64,000 nucleotides of DNA from Lingula anatina (lineage: Eukaryota > Animalia > Brachiopoda). Both the position numbers and the translations under genes were made by a program. The stretch is from NCBI GenBank assembly GCA_051362555.1, contig CM120640.1, positions 60,490,788 to 60,554,787 on the forward strand, given 5' to 3'. A model generated the notes under the pieces. The model saw only the letters and a list, made by a program, of their open reading frames with translations. It ran no database searches and was not told where the DNA came from. Positions 24,901-40,500 of the stretch are shown here, one piece after another (position 1 is the stretch's first letter; the number at the start of each line of letters is the position of its first letter).

Positions 24901-27900
24901 CTCTGTGCCTTGCACCCAGCTTTCCCCCACATAACCCTGTGATAAAGATGTCCTCCAAATGCAGAAATGGCAATGTTCGAGTGGCGTTGTACAGAGGAAT
25001 GAGAAGATGGCCAGGCATCACGTAAGCCCAACCTGCTACAAATGGAGGATATGAATTTCCGGGAAATATACTTCTAGGAACATACCATTTTGAAACTGGA
25101 TTACGTTCAGGTCTTATTCCTGTTAAACAATATCCCAGAAAAGTGTTCTTCAGATGTTTATCTACAGCATATCTGACCAAGTTATTGATGTTGATGTACG
25201 CATCGTCATCTCCTTTAATAATGAAGTCAGCCTGGTTGCAATATTGTGAAGCCCACTGCAAGGCAAATATGGATTTAAGGGTTAAATTGTTGTATGTATC
25301 TAGAAAATTTCCCTGCACAATATCCCTATGCTTTGTGCTCTCTATCTGCAACAGTCCATGTAGAGACTTATTGTAGGCATTTCCAATAATGAATACTTTA
25401 TGAATACTTGTATGGTTTGGTCTCAAAGCATGTTCAGACAGCCATGTTTTACGGATGGCATCCCTGGCTGCAAAGTTTCTGGCAGCAGAACAGATCATCA
25501 CTAAAACATGGATATCAGAGGGGGCTGTTTTACTAGGCAAACAAATCTCTCCATCTGGTCTAATTAAATAAGAGAAAAAATTCTCTGTTGTTTTCTGAAT
25601 GCGTTTACCACTTTCCTTCCCGATTGTGGTGATCCACTTTCCTGTGGTAACTTGCGTCACCAAGCTTTCTGCCGTCTGTATGGCGTGGTTTCGAAGGAAA
25701 AGGATATCTGTCATGTTCTTTTTAGGAGCACTTGGTCTGGAACCTATGGATGTTTCCTTTCCTACCTTGTCAATGAGAAAGTAGTGGACTCTAACCAAGA
25801 CAGAAAAATACATAATCCAAAGCAAAGCCAACAGGCTATACCACATGGTGCACTGCTGCCAGGCGGTCTTTACCTGAAAGCGGAAGAAGAACATAATGGA
25901 AAAAAGAATTTGCAATAATTCAATTCACTTAGGATTAAATTGCCTTTTTCATCAGCAAAATGATACTTAGTGTTAAGCACAGCAAAGAACTTTGCAAAAG
26001 ACGAGTACTTTTTTCAGTAAATGACAAAGAAAACAATTTGTTCTAATTAATTATTAAATTATAATTATTCAGAGGTTGTTTATAATGTGTAATTATAACC
26101 AGTTAGCAAGAAAAAAACTCTTTTTAGTTGTAATGTAACTTACAGTTGCAAACATGCTCTTCATCTGTGGTGTTTGTTCAACAGTAAAATAAAATCTGTA
26201 TTACCTGGAGCAATGAGCATTGTGCTATAAAACCAAAGGTCATATCAGCCTCTATATTGAACATATTAACTGTTTTGCAACAACTATGGTGCTTTTGTAC
26301 ATTAGTTCCTGTGATATGAAATGTCATATTAATGCTGAAAACAAAATGCCTGTAAAGTAAAATAAAAGTGAATAATAATAATAAAATTTAGCCAGCAAAC
26401 CTGGCAAATATACAGCCACTGAACAGGCACACTCTAGTAAATTTTTCTTCATGTTAACAGTGACTGAGCTTCAAAACATGTAAAGAAATTACTGCTTCAT
26501 GAATTTTTCCATAATGGTAAAGGTGTATCCTATCCCAAACCATTAAAAAATGCAAATCGATGAACCATTTTCGAGTTCTATATTTTTAATTTGGTTGACT
26601 TTTCTAAATTTGTTGGCTTCCATCTCTGGGTACAGCCTGCAAAATGTGCAATTTGTCATAAAGTCTTGCAAATTGTTCATAAATGAAATAGTGTGCCCAG
26701 ATGCTACTATAAGGTGCCAAAATAGAGATGCAGCTAATGTCTGGCAGGTATGGCACTATGAGAGGTGAAGAAAAAATTGGTAGCCACTCCACTAAGAAAA
26801 ACCCAGAAAATGACAAGAGATTAGAAATGCACTTATACATTGTATGTTGAAAGTGAGGGGGGGGGGGGGGGGGGGCTGAAAACAGTGCATGAAAGGTTAA
26901 AATGAAGTATCATGGGTGAAGAGAGAAATCCATACAATAGATCTAGTTTCTTTCCAGACCTGACTATGCTGTTTACAAAGAAAAATTGACCATAAAACAT
27001 GCCTGTACCTTTTATGGAACATTCTTGTTATTCATAATCCCACTCATGTCAAATGTATGCAAACATTAATTTGAAACATACTTGTGACATTAATCCTTCG
27101 CTTGTCCATGTTACATATTTTCTTGAGTCTTGTGACTGGTTGCAAGCGTGACAGAATTTGCTGTTTTCTTTCTATATCCTGTACTGCTGTTGAGCATTGA
27201 AAAGCATATACATGTTGTTCTTTTCCTAACTTTTTTCTTCAGTTGGTTAAAACAGCCCAGTTTCAACAGACCAGTTTCAACCGGAATTAGTATAAATAAT
27301 CATAATCAATCTCATGACTCAAATATGAATAACATTTTGCTTCAAACCTATCTTTATACAATGGTCTAAAAGATGTTAACAGTTGTGTAACCATGTGTAC
27401 AGGTTCAACTGTTCATTTGAAATTTAAAAAAAAAGTCAATTACTTTTGTTAAAAGAATCCAATCAGGGTGGTTTTCAAAATGATTCTGCAGTTTTACCAA
27501 ACAAAGCTGAAAAGAAAATTTAATTCAAAACAAACATACAGTTTAACACCTATGGAGCAAACATGCCAAAATACATGCAAAAACACAAGAAGTCTAAAAC
27601 TTTTGTAAAAAGAATCCAATCATTCCAACTTTTGGGGCAAATTTCACCAAAGTACATGAAAAAAAAATTTCTGTACAAATAATACAATCAAGTTGATTTT
27701 CAACAGGAACCTACCTTTTTATCAAACAAAGCCCAAAGTAAATAAAAAGTAAAACAAAAATAAGGACAAAGACAGTGATCAGGATATGTACAGACACATG
27801 CCTATATGAAAAACATATTTTTTTGCTGTCAAATATTATCAGACTTATCAATAATGCTTCAAAACTAATTATACTCTTTAAGACTAAACATTTCAGATCT

Positions 27901-30900
27901 AATATCATATTGATTTAAAATGTGAAGTAGGGTGAGCTTCAAATTTACTGGGATTGAAAAAGAAAATATATGCAAGAAGATACTTAATTCAAAGCAAGTT
28001 TAGCAGAGTGTTACTAGGTTAAGTCCAGCAGCAATATGCCGCAGAAATGTACCTGTTGTAATACTTGCCTTCAGATAGACAACACAGGCATCAACAGGTG
28101 AAAAGTTTATTTCGTCTTAACTCAGAGTGTAATAATAGCCATGTGAAATAAAAATACTACTTGAACTATTGATTCTAATTCATAATGACAGCTTGTACAT
28201 ACTCCTACCTTTGTTTCTTAGTAAAGGTGCCATGGAGGGATCATTCAAATCAACAATATATGACTGGTATAATTTAGTCAGCTTGTAGTTGGTGAATTGT
28301 GTAACTTATTAAGTAAGTTGGAGTTGCAAGGCATAACTGTGCCTAGAGCGGTATTGTACCTCAGCTGTTTTGTGGCATTCTATGTATAGCAAAAGATAGC
28401 AGTTCTGGTACTGCAGGCTTTTAGCTTACGCCTCACTGGTATACTGTGATATATTGGAGAATTCAGACTGATTAACTAGAAAGAACAGGGGAGATATAGC
28501 AGGGAGCAGATGGGGAGATGAGCAAAAAGAAAAGGTATGAATGCATCAAGGAGATATTGATCTGAGTGATTGTTAGAGATAATTTGACAACCAGGTATCC
28601 CAATATTGACTGATTAACTCATATCTGTGTTGGCAATTTCCTCACACCTTTGACTTTGAGGAGCGATTATTATGAAAAGTATATTGTGGTGTTTTAATTA
28701 ATTCTGTTTTTCTGGTTTCTGGGTCATGTATTATAATGTCTGTTATCATCATAATAACATAATTTTTTACTTGAATCAGACTTTGAAAACAGTTATTACT
28801 GATATTACCTTATCTTTAATAACAGCTGTTAATTTAAAAATAACGAATGTAAAATTGTTTAGTTTCAGTCTGGGGTTAAATGTTATATGCATGTTTAAAT
28901 ATAATCATATACGTATGGTGGCATGAAATATTTAAAGCTCACAATATGTTGGCATAGACATACACTTCTATATCAATCAAGAGAAAAAACATTCTTTTAA
29001 ACTTAAAGAGGCAATACTTTGCAATGCTAAATATCTGCAACTGTGTGAAAACTGAAGACTTCTTTTGTAAAAATTAAAAACAATAACCGTTTGTGTTGAA
29101 AAAAGTATCAATAAAAATGACCATGCATAAGATTGAATTTTTTGTATCAAATTAAAAGAATGAAGTATTGTGATGATAACCATAATATGGCATAAATGTG
29201 TGATGTTAAAAACATAAAAACTTTATTTTTTGGAAGAAGAAAAGCAAGGACAGTATGACTATAGCAAGAGAGCTGAATTCTGAAACATGCTCTGAAAAAC
29301 ACATTTAAATGTAGCGTTTTGAAAGAAAGAAAAGATTATGTTGGCATTGAACGTTAAAGTTAAGTGTTTAAAGTGCAACAAAATCCATTTCCTTGTATTT
29401 GGACGCCAATAAATTACTCCCTATGCCCTAAAATTTTGAGAAAATGTGAATATATTAGAAGTAGCCAGTCAAATACATGTTTTTTACTTATACATGTGGA
29501 TATCATTATAGCAGGCCCGATAGCATGATTTTCTTTTCTTAAAAAGATATTTTGAAGTAAAATCAGCCAAGATAAAGAGAGGAAATATGGCAACTATAGT
29601 TGAATCATAACAGCATCAGGTGTGAGGACAGACCAGTAGAGCCATGCAGATAGTCAAAGGGACAAACCTGAATACATGCATGACCAAGTCATGAAGTGTA
29701 ACAAGATGTGAAAATTTCAAGGACATTGCATTAAATTTCTTTATCAAGTCCTAATTCAAGGATGATCATAAGAAGTGAAATGAGATCATATTAAATCTGC
29801 TGTTATGGTACAAGTACCTCATAATTGAAAAAAAAAAAAAAAAAAAGAAACAGATGCCTTTGCAATAAATTCTTCCTGAGCAAGGAAATGAACTAATCCA
29901 AAGTCTATCTATCCATCCTTCAACTGTTACACTATAAAATATTCAAACTAGTTTTGGAATGACTCATACATAATATAAAAAAACATCAACAAAGGAGCAT
30001 TGCACAACCTACTCTATGCTGTATATGAGATGCAGAATTTAATATAACAGCCCCTTTTGAAGTGAGTAAATTAGCAGCAAGTTAAAACTAGTTTAACAGC
30101 ACAAACAGTGAAGGCTTTCTGTGGATGTATGTAATCGTTTCCACAACTTGACTTTTGTGGCCTTGGCACAATTACTCTAATGACACATATAGAGTTACAT
30201 GGCAATTCTAATTTTCAAAGAAAGATGTGGTTTTCATCTAGGGCTTATTTGCAGTCATACAAAAATAATTTCCTGTCTCCTTTAGTATCCCCCTTAAATA
30301 AGCTAAATATGTAAATAAAGTTCATCAAAGTAAACGACACCTGACCTAAAGATGTGTGACAGCTATGTGTTCCACTATATTATCAGCTCTGTCAGTAGCT
30401 TTCATACAGACTGTGTTGTGTAGGGTGTCTTTTGGAGGAAGCAGCACCCAGCAAGGCTCACTGGTTGAGACTCTGATCATAGACTGCAGTATGCCTGAAC
30501 CAGACCCTCAGCAGGGCCAGCACCACTTTTATGGTACCAATATCACACTGCTGCAGCAGCAGCAGACAGGTCCAGGGAAGGATGGTGACATCTTTAGGTA
30601 ATATCCTTACCTAGGTACAGGTACTTAATTAACATGACAAGGAAACGTATCTAGATGCAGTAAATGTCATGATGATCGAGTATAGCTGTTTTGACAAGTC
30701 TGGAGTCTACAGAGTTTTAGGAAAACATTAACATGTGTGTGTCCATGCATGCCTAGCAATGTATGTGTGCATTGGTGTATACAGAAGAGGTGGCAAGGGA
30801 AGATAGGAGAGTTCCAAGTGTGCAACAAATCCAGGGCATGCCATTTTATAGAAACCTCAAATACGTTTTTATGTGTATCAAAACTAAAACATGAAGCACT

Positions 30901-33900
30901 CTTGTGACAAGTATGGATTTCTTAGTAAACAGGCGATATTTTTGCTTGCAATTGAAACAGACTATTAAAACATTTAACATAAGAATCATAAATTTAAAAA
31001 CCTTGAAAACCACAGTAATTAAGCAGCCTCAACAAATGTCATGAAAAGGAAGGTGGCCTGAAGCTTTTAAGATCTCTCAAAATAAAAGTATTACTGTGCA
31101 CTAGAGAGGTTGAAGAGCACTTTAATTTTAATAAATGGGTGCAGTTTTACTAAAACACATAAAAACATCATGTTTCTATAAAACTGACTGCACTGGAAAA
31201 TTTTCCTTTTTAATGCAAGAGTTACTTGCTTTTTTTTTTACCGTTGGCTTCTCAGTCTGCAAAAACAGCGAGAGTAGCACAAAGTCAAGGGAAGATAAAT
31301 ATTCCCTGGCAAGTAATTTATAGATAAATATTTTCAAGGTAGGAGATATTTCCAGGATATTTGGAGTGATTGATGTGATCTTCCCATGCATCTGATAGCA
31401 CACCAACTAGACTGTTTTAACTATACTGCTCCATGGAAAACAAAGGCTAACATCAACTTCTTTTTACATGCAATTTAATTTGAATTTAGATCCTTGCCTC
31501 TTCTTAAATCAGAGTTTGTACGCACCATCTTCTTACATCTAACCTTTTTATCTATCTACAGTACATGTATCAATCAACATAGCAAAGCTTTAGTGAAAGT
31601 CTGGATATTTACTTTCTGTGGTCTTTTTGTGGTAACATTTAAAGTGTACATGCAAGAACATGCCATTTTCCCCTTTTCAAATAGGCATATACTGAAATAA
31701 TTCCCAGATGGTGTTCACATTTAAGTTCCCATTGATGTAAAATACAACCTCGCTGTAACAGAGTAATGATTAAAAAACATATATGTCAGTAGTTTATGAA
31801 ACTACTCTGTTGCTGACTATGCTTTCAGGTGATCAGTGGACATAAATCAAGTATATTAAAATGTTGAAAGTACTTAAGGATGCTAAATCAAAACTCCTGG
31901 GGGAAAGAGGGAATTAAAGCCCACTGATGTGCTGTATTTGGTCTCCATCCCATGAACTTGGAATTTGAAATATATTTTGGCAGGACCAATTTTTTTGTTC
32001 AGTATTCTCTTGCTGGTCTGAGCTGTGATGGATTGATACTGAATATTTAATACCTTCTGTGACGATGTTGTCATGAACCTTACCCTTCAGTCAACGGGTG
32101 TTGCTACACACCCGTAGATACACATAATGATGTGATCATGGAGGTTTTTTCCAGGGAGGTGCCTGTGCAGAACTGATAAATATAATGTGAAACCTACTTC
32201 CAAGAATAACTGACATTGCAGGGAGATGGCTTATAAATTGGATTAAACTCTTGATGTACAACATTCCTGCAATCTTAAGTGATTTAGATTTTACAAAAAT
32301 CACATAAAATTTATTTTCAAATCCTTGTTGCTACTTTGGTTGGAAGCTTAAGAGCAGCATAACAGGCTGATTTTATGTACAGGGAAAAATTAATAAATGC
32401 AGTAACTGCAGTGTTACCTATGGTTTATAGAGGGGAGGGATGATAATGCAATGAATTTTGATCATACTAAAGGACTTAAAATTGATCTACAAAATGTGCA
32501 TTAGATACAATGTTTAAATGTCAATGGAAATGATTGAAGTTCCTATTATAGAGAGTTTGGGAAGATATTGTAAATACCATCTAAATCTGTTTCAATTAAA
32601 TATCTGAGTTATGACTGCATGGTGGGAATACTTCAGAATATTCATTAAAGTTGATTTTTTTTACATCAAATGAAGAAAATACATTTAAATTGAGTACAGT
32701 TTGTTATTCAAATTTGTCTTATTTGTTTCATATTTAGCATAGAAGATATGGGTTATCTGCAAGGAAAACAAATAACATTTTTTAAATGACAAATATTGAT
32801 TTGTTTGTGGTAGTATAGCTACCATTGAAAGAAAATGCAATGTAATATATTAATATACATATCAGTGAAGCATAAAAAGTGCTTTCTTGAATGCTGAAGT
32901 TCTTTCAAAATGTCAGGGATGAAACTGGATCGATCTTGTTTTCTAACATTCCTCCACTGTACATTACCATGGAGTTAATTTGATTATTATCCGGTTGTTA
33001 CTCCTAGGTGAGGCATGCAGGTTTACAGAGGATACCAGTGCTGGCCTAAATATCTGCACTATAAATGTACATCCAGGCCTGCAAAAGCAGTTGGATACAG
33101 TGGCATTTCCCTCTTAAACATATTTTTTGCTGATCTAAACAAGGAACAACTATTTCTGTAAATGTTAAATGTTATGGTAGATGTAACATTCTACTTAATC
33201 ATTTCATTCACCAAAGCTAGCTCATGTCTAATATATAGAATAAAGGGATTCCTACTGAGATATTATATTTATAAGTAAGGAAATTAACATTCTCACACAC
33301 TATCTCTCTTTTTTGTGAAGTCACTTATGGATATTCAGGTAATTTGGCCTTTCAGAGTCAAACTTTTGGCTACCTTCCTAAACTGCATGTGAGCTTCAAA
33401 TTCAAACAGATGAATTATCAATCAATGGAGAACTGCTTGAAACTTGACCTGGACCATAATTTTATTAGTGTTTATTGCAGCAATTACAAAGGTGCATTAT
33501 ATCGTCTGGATTCCAGGTTCAAATACAAAGGGTGATCGCTATATGTACAGACTGTTGTCTACATATACCAGTACATGTTGATGTCTAAAACCTTGAACAT
33601 CCTCAGATCTGTCCCTTTATATGATGCAGGTATCCAAAGGTTCATTGGTCTGAGGTTCTTTGGTCTGAAAAATCATAGGTTTTTCATCAGTTTTTTACTA
33701 CTGTAACATATTATTAGCCACATACATCTGGCTAACTGATGACGGAATATTATTCATAATTTACATATCTATGGCCCTAGTAAAGTGTAGGACTACTCCC
33801 CAAATTTTCAGTTTTGTCTAATATGGCCTCCGATGATCTTAACTTTAATTATTACCAGTACAGTGGCGGATTTAGGCCCTGACCCTCCCCCCCCCCTTTT

Positions 33901-36900
33901 CGATTTCTTTTAAAAAGTCACACCAATGGTCCCCTCTTGAAATTAGAATTTTGACTAGCTGAGTCATAGTTCTAAAACATACCAAATGGCAATGTTTGCC
34001 CTCTTAAATACCAAAAAAATTTTGGGGCCCTTCAATGGGCCCTGAACCCCATGCCAAGGGAGGGGGGAGGAGCCCCCCTTCAGTACCCTATTCACTTTAC
34101 TCATACATTCAGACTATTGAACCTTCGGGCCAATGAACCCTTTGGACTATTGCTATGGGCCCTGTGTGTTACAGGAAGTGAATACAAATGACAGGCTTTG
34201 TCTGTTGGAGTTGAGAGAAAATTTCCTATTGGTCTCTAATCTAAAAGTTCCAGTTGGCCTCTGATCTAAATGATCCTTTGCTGTAAGAACAACTTCTATC
34301 CATGCAATTTCCTGGCCAATAGGATGCAAATGGGATAAGTAAACTACAGCATTTTAATTTTAATTTTAACTACAGCATTAGTGTTAAAACACTAATGCTA
34401 ATATCTGAGGAAAGATAAGAATATCTTTTTTGTAATTAACAATAAGAAAACTGATAAACATCTGTTCCATTTCTGTTTGGATGATGTATATGCAGTGTAA
34501 GAGTTTTTTTCCCCATTTGTCCACAGCAGGGGATATTTACATAAAGGGAGTCATATTAATATTTCAACGATTTATTTTTTCTTTTCCTTTTTTCTTTCCC
34601 TACACAGATGAGCAGCAAAGATGGTGTCCCAATGTTACTGCTTCCAAGTTTTTCTTCATAAAATGGTACTTATGTCATACTTTTTTTGCTTCTCATAGCA
34701 TATCTGAATGCAGACCAGGATTTCTACCTGTTTGGTGGATGACTTAAGTGCAGGTCACTGAAATCGATTAAAGGCAATTTAGTCAACTATGAGTGCCACT
34801 GGTTTTGTAATAACATGACATCTTAGAAAACCTGTGGCACCTACAGTACAACTAAATAAATACATTGTATGTCAGAAATAAACCTGCAGGTAATATTTCT
34901 TAGTACTTAGTCTTATATTTTCATTAAAAAAAATCATGAGCTGTTTGTCATTACCCTTAAACTGCACCTGTATTTAGAAAGAATTGGGTTATACGGTATA
35001 CATATTCATGACTTCTATATATTACACCTGTGAGGAAAATTTAAAGTTTGCAATGTGCTTAGTGACTAGACTGAAAACAGGTTCCATAATTTATGTGACT
35101 GGCTAAATTATCTGCATCATGATCATGAGACAAGTGGTAAAGCAGTAATGTAAATCTTCCCAATCTGAAGTTGAAGTTTAACTAGTTATTTTTCACTTTT
35201 GCAGTGGAAGCAAGGGGTAATATTATTATATTATTGATATAAATAACAAAAAGTGTAAATATCCTGGATACATGTAACATTTGGTGAATGCCCTGGATAT
35301 TTGTAATATATAGTGGAAATGGTCTTGGTTTTTACCATGTGATATTAAGAAAACTTATTGGTTGTCTTGGTCTGACAAAAAATCAGCCATTGGCAATTAA
35401 GTTTTATCTTCAAGCGGTATAGATACCACTGGAAACAATCTACAGCTGTTTTTCAATGTTAAAATATGATACTGACTGATCCCACTCATTGGGAATGTCC
35501 CATAAAACATTATGCTGTTTGCTCCTGATTTATGATATCTGTTACTTGTAATGTTTTAGTGTTCCTCAGTGAACAGAAATACTCCATCAAACAGTTGCAA
35601 ATTATTTTCCTGCATACATTTTAAGGTAAATGGTTTCATCATTTCAGTTTTATTGGGAATTCTCTTTGGGATCTCTATATTTAACACATACCCTCGGTTA
35701 AACTGTCCCTGTGGTCCACCTGTTTTTGTCTATACATGCATTTTGTGATCCTCCGGAGAGCCAGGGCTCTGGAAAGATTTGTTTTATAATCAAGCTAATG
35801 GCAGGATGGGGTCCAAGATACACGAGGAAACAAGAATAGTATATTATACTTAAATTCACTCCTTTCTACTGACTGCCATGATTAAGTGTTCAATGATAAT
35901 GATATATCTGCCGTGCCTGGGTAGGATGTTCTGAATTCTGTAGAAATTCAATATAATATATTGGAATACCTTTCAAAAACAGCCCCAGGTATGGATATTT
36001 GTTATTATATCAGAATAAATATACCAGGAATATTTAAAGATAATACTGATCAACCTGGGAGTTCAGAAGGAAATTTAATGGTCCATATCCTATAATTAAT
36101 TAATCATTTATTGAATAATTTATCAATCAATTAATTTTTGATTTCAGTATTTTAGTTCAAGTTCATGTTGAATGTATCTTTGTTTGTGGTATGTACCACT
36201 CCATCAACATATATGACTGATTCTTCTCATATGATGTGCAAATTGCCAAAATATTAGTTGTTATACCAAGCCAGGATGGATATATAATCAATATTCACAC
36301 ACATCTGTTTATACTTTATTATTATCATTTATTTAGTCTATTTAGCTCTTACTTTTTAACCACAAACTCCCCACCCACTGCATAAAGTCATAATAGTCTA
36401 GGAGAGCAAATTTTAGTCATATGGTAAACATATTCCTATTTTGCTAAAGACAATGTAAAACATTTTTAGATTTTTTTTGCAAAATCTATCTTTAAATCAA
36501 TTTTACATTTTGATTTGGTTGAAATTATCCACCAACCTCATGAGACTTTATCTTGTTACTTATATAATTAATAATAAAGTGGTATTGTCAAAACCTTAAT
36601 CCATATAGCTAATGTGTATTACATTTCTGGTGTCATTAAAGCTGATCTTTGGGAAAGTGACCCAATAAAAATTTGGTTCCAGTCCTAGCTGAAAAGGAAA
36701 TGTGCATGGCTCTGGGGCTGGCTTCCACTTCAGATACACCCACTCCCACACACAGGTGATGGCAATTATATGTACAGGTGCTGCTGTATTTAAAACTATA
36801 GGTCTGCCCATTAATATGCATACTTTGCTGCTGCCAATACTTCCATAATATAACAGAATTTGATTACTGTAACAGTAGGTTTAAATTGCACAGTAACAGA

Positions 36901-37463
36901 GTGAATACCCTGTTTTTTTTTTCAGAAATGACAGCATGTATCAGATCCCAAGCAAGCCGGCAGCTAAGCCAGTAACAAGGGTTACATTTGCAGAACAAAT
37001 GCTGCAGGCCCACCCAATGATTACAATCCAGCCTCCCAGTCCATGCCCCTCCAACAGATCATCAGAAGTCTACTGGGAGACACCAGAACCAAGAACACAG
37101 ATACCAAGGTCACAAAGGTGGGTGGCTCAGCTGTCCTCTTCTGTCTAAAATAACTGTTTACCTTATATAATAAAACTATATATCTTGTCTACAGTTCAAG
37201 ATTTTCCTTTTATTAACAGTTACAACAGAAACATTGAAAACCACACAGAACAACTCAATTGCTCAGTTGTGAACTAGAATGTCTCATCTCAACTACAGCA
37301 ATAATGTGTTTAATGTTCACTTCTGGTTCTACAAATATGCAAGAACTGGTAGAATATTATAATATGAAATGAATACTATAAATGAATAATATAAATGAAA
37401 AAATGCCCTGAGATTCAGTGCTGAAACATAAGACAACCTTACCATTCTGTGAATGTACTTTGA

Positions 37464-37514
<51 letters not shown>

Positions 37515-40500
37515 TCAACAACAGATAAATGTATAATTCTTCATTATATTTTTATTCAGTTTTTGCATATTAACATATACACAAACACAGCAAATTAGCA
37601 TTATCTCCTTACCATTTACCTGTAAATAACTACTGAAAATTATTCATAAAGCTGCAAAAAATATATACCCCCACCACCACAAACACTTTCTGCATGTTGT
37701 TTGCAAGTGTGTGGGCGAGTCAGTGGCAAATAATGCAACCTTGATCTTTACCTTTCATCATTATGTGGCTTCTGGCAGGCATGTGCTATTTTGTTGTTGT
37801 TATTTGCAACAACGTTATGAGCCTAGGTATTATTTAACATACATGTACCTGCTGATAAACAGCTAATGTCAATAAGGTTTAATGAGTTAGCGTTTTTAAT
37901 GGTCAGATAAACAGCTCCATTGTAGAAATAATGAGTACAATAGGTTAAATATGGAATTTCAAAATAAAAAATTTGATACCATTTTAGCTTTTACTTTCCC
38001 AAGAGTTTTTATGCACACCAGTATCCCAAGCTTTCCTACAAGTTGAATTATTTTAACGAGATACGCAATATCTGTTTAAACCCTTGATTACCAAACTATG
38101 TTGTTTCTGGTACAGTGACAATACTGATTGTCAGTTCAAAACTTTTTTTATTGATTAGGTAATAGGTAAAACCCTTATTTAGAATGGGAATGGAAAACTT
38201 TACTGCACCAGTGTTACTAAATATGGGTTGCAAGTAAAGGGCAGTCAGTCTACATGGAAATTAATCATTGGTTTCAGTTGAATCATTCTCTTTTAAAGAT
38301 AGTCAAATTATATTTTTCTGGGAAAATGTGCATATTTAAAATCTTAAGTCCTCTTATTTCATATTATTTAGCAGGGTATGACAGGAGACTTGTTTAACAC
38401 TAATTTCACCCACTACTTAATCTAAAAATAGGTCTGAACTGTTTATCAAATGATGTTATCATTATGAAGCATTTTTGCAATCACAATCTTTTTACAATTA
38501 AAAATAAAATGCGATAACAAAACATTTCAGAAAAACATTTCATATAAAATGTTTAAGCTAATCAAATAGTGCTTTTTTTTCAAAGAGCAAATTATTTATA
38601 GTAATTATTATCTTTGGGTAACAAAACTTTGACTTAAAAAGATATTTGGATTCCCATTCTGCAGCTAATATCAAAAGAAAGAACAATCCGACATCAGCTG
38701 AGCTGACAATAATAATAATATTGATGTGGAAACATGAATACAGCTAGCTAGCTTTCTTTTGACAGGAATGAATTTTTTATTCACTAATTACTGGTATTAC
38801 TACTTTTTCTTTACTCACTCAAAAAACACAAAAATCCATCATCTTGGTAATCTTATTGACCTGATTGATTTCAATGCTGCATTGACATGCAGATATTTGA
38901 TATTCTTACTTAAAGTAATCAAAACATTAACATAATTTATCAAAACATCAAAATGACCAGCTGTACCACAGCTTAACAATTTACTTGCTTTTCAAGCACA
39001 CTTACAATGAAAGCACTTTCAGAAACAATCAATAAATCATGCCAACAATTTAGCAGAGAACCACTGAGTATGCTTTTGTGAAATGTAGCCATTTAGCTAT
39101 AAATTTGCATTGAAAGTAGTCACGCCCCTGTGAGGAAAACATTATGCATAGCTGTGTATAGAAGGCTGACCTAGTCTGCTGCACACACAGAGTAGGAAGT
39201 AACTGTTAAAGCTGGGGCAAGATAATACACATTGCAATAGGAATAGCTGTTCAAACAAAACATGACTGAAATCCATGTACAACAAGAGTTTGTCAGGTAA
39301 GTCTGGCAGAGGCCGAGAGAGGGCATTTTTTACAGCAAATATATCTCTTCTGTGTTTTCTGTGCAAGTATGTCAATAGGCAAGAGGGCTGCTGTGTAGAT
39401 TGATAGCAGAGCTGTTGGAGAATATATACTCGTATATTGCTCTGACTGCTATGGCGTTCAATTCAGAAGGTCAGATAGGCAGGCAAGGCAAATCATTTGA
39501 GCAGTCAAGCTAAGGCTGAATGCTTCTCAGCATTGAGATAGGAAAAATGCATTAATTTCAGATGCCTCCATTTCGAAAACCGCTTCTATTTCAAACATGG
39601 ATGCTGGGTCCAGCAGTCAGTGCACTGTTGTAGCTGCATGATGGTTTGACAGGTGCCTTAGGTTGTGCCTAATTTAATGTTCACAGAAAGGTCAACATAA
39701 AAAGGTTTCCTTTTTTTGTGCTCTGAGCTTTAACAGAAGCACAGTTAACTTTACAGTTTACACCCACAAAGCTGTTAATAGAATGTTACCAGTGAGGCTT
39801 TTCTAATGGTCCTTATATCTATTTTCTTCACATGTGTAAATCATCTATGAGTGTAATATGGAATCTGGGTGATGATTACAAACACATGTGCCCTACATAC
39901 TACCTCTTACCTGTACTTACCTGGAAATTTAATGCATATAACACACATGTATACTAGACATTTTACTGCTGGGTTCAAATTAGATTACATGCAAGAAACT
40001 GAGCATCCTCAGTACAGGATCAAAGTGATCATGAGGTAGGTTGATGCGCGATAGAAACTGAGTTGTGATTTCAAGTAATCATTTGTGCTGCCCTTTTAAA
40101 TATATGGGTACTTAAAAAAATCCCCCAAGTCTAACACTCATCAATGACAGGCTCTTGAGAATTTTCATAGCAGAATTATAAGATTACTATTTGATACCAC
40201 CATTAACTGGGGTTGAACTGAATAACATGCAATCTGTTTTCAAATGCTAAAAAATGTTGGGCGAATGTTTTCGTCTGTACATACTTCACATTGCTTGGAA
40301 TATGAAATATTCTATGTCTTTTATAGTTCATTGCACTGAACTGCGCAGTTGAAGCCTGGCAGTTTTCCCAGGTCAATATGGAAATAGAATAGTGTATTTA
40401 TCTACTGTCATTCTCTAAGGAATTCTTAGATTTGCTCTATATTGGAAAATCAATTGCTGGTAGTTCTGCTGGCCGTGTGTGTTCCAGTAGGATTGTATTT

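Noticed and set aside
25847-25915. First 23 codons of the listed 383-aa ORF
   Set aside because: Starts at TTG inside a polypyrimidine tract/acceptor; the ACCATG at 25846 gives a proper signal-anchor start.
25143-25918. Plus-strand ORFs over the galactosyltransferase (and similar ones over SMPDL3, bestrophin and RIC1 exons)
   Set aside because: Antisense shadows of real coding exons.
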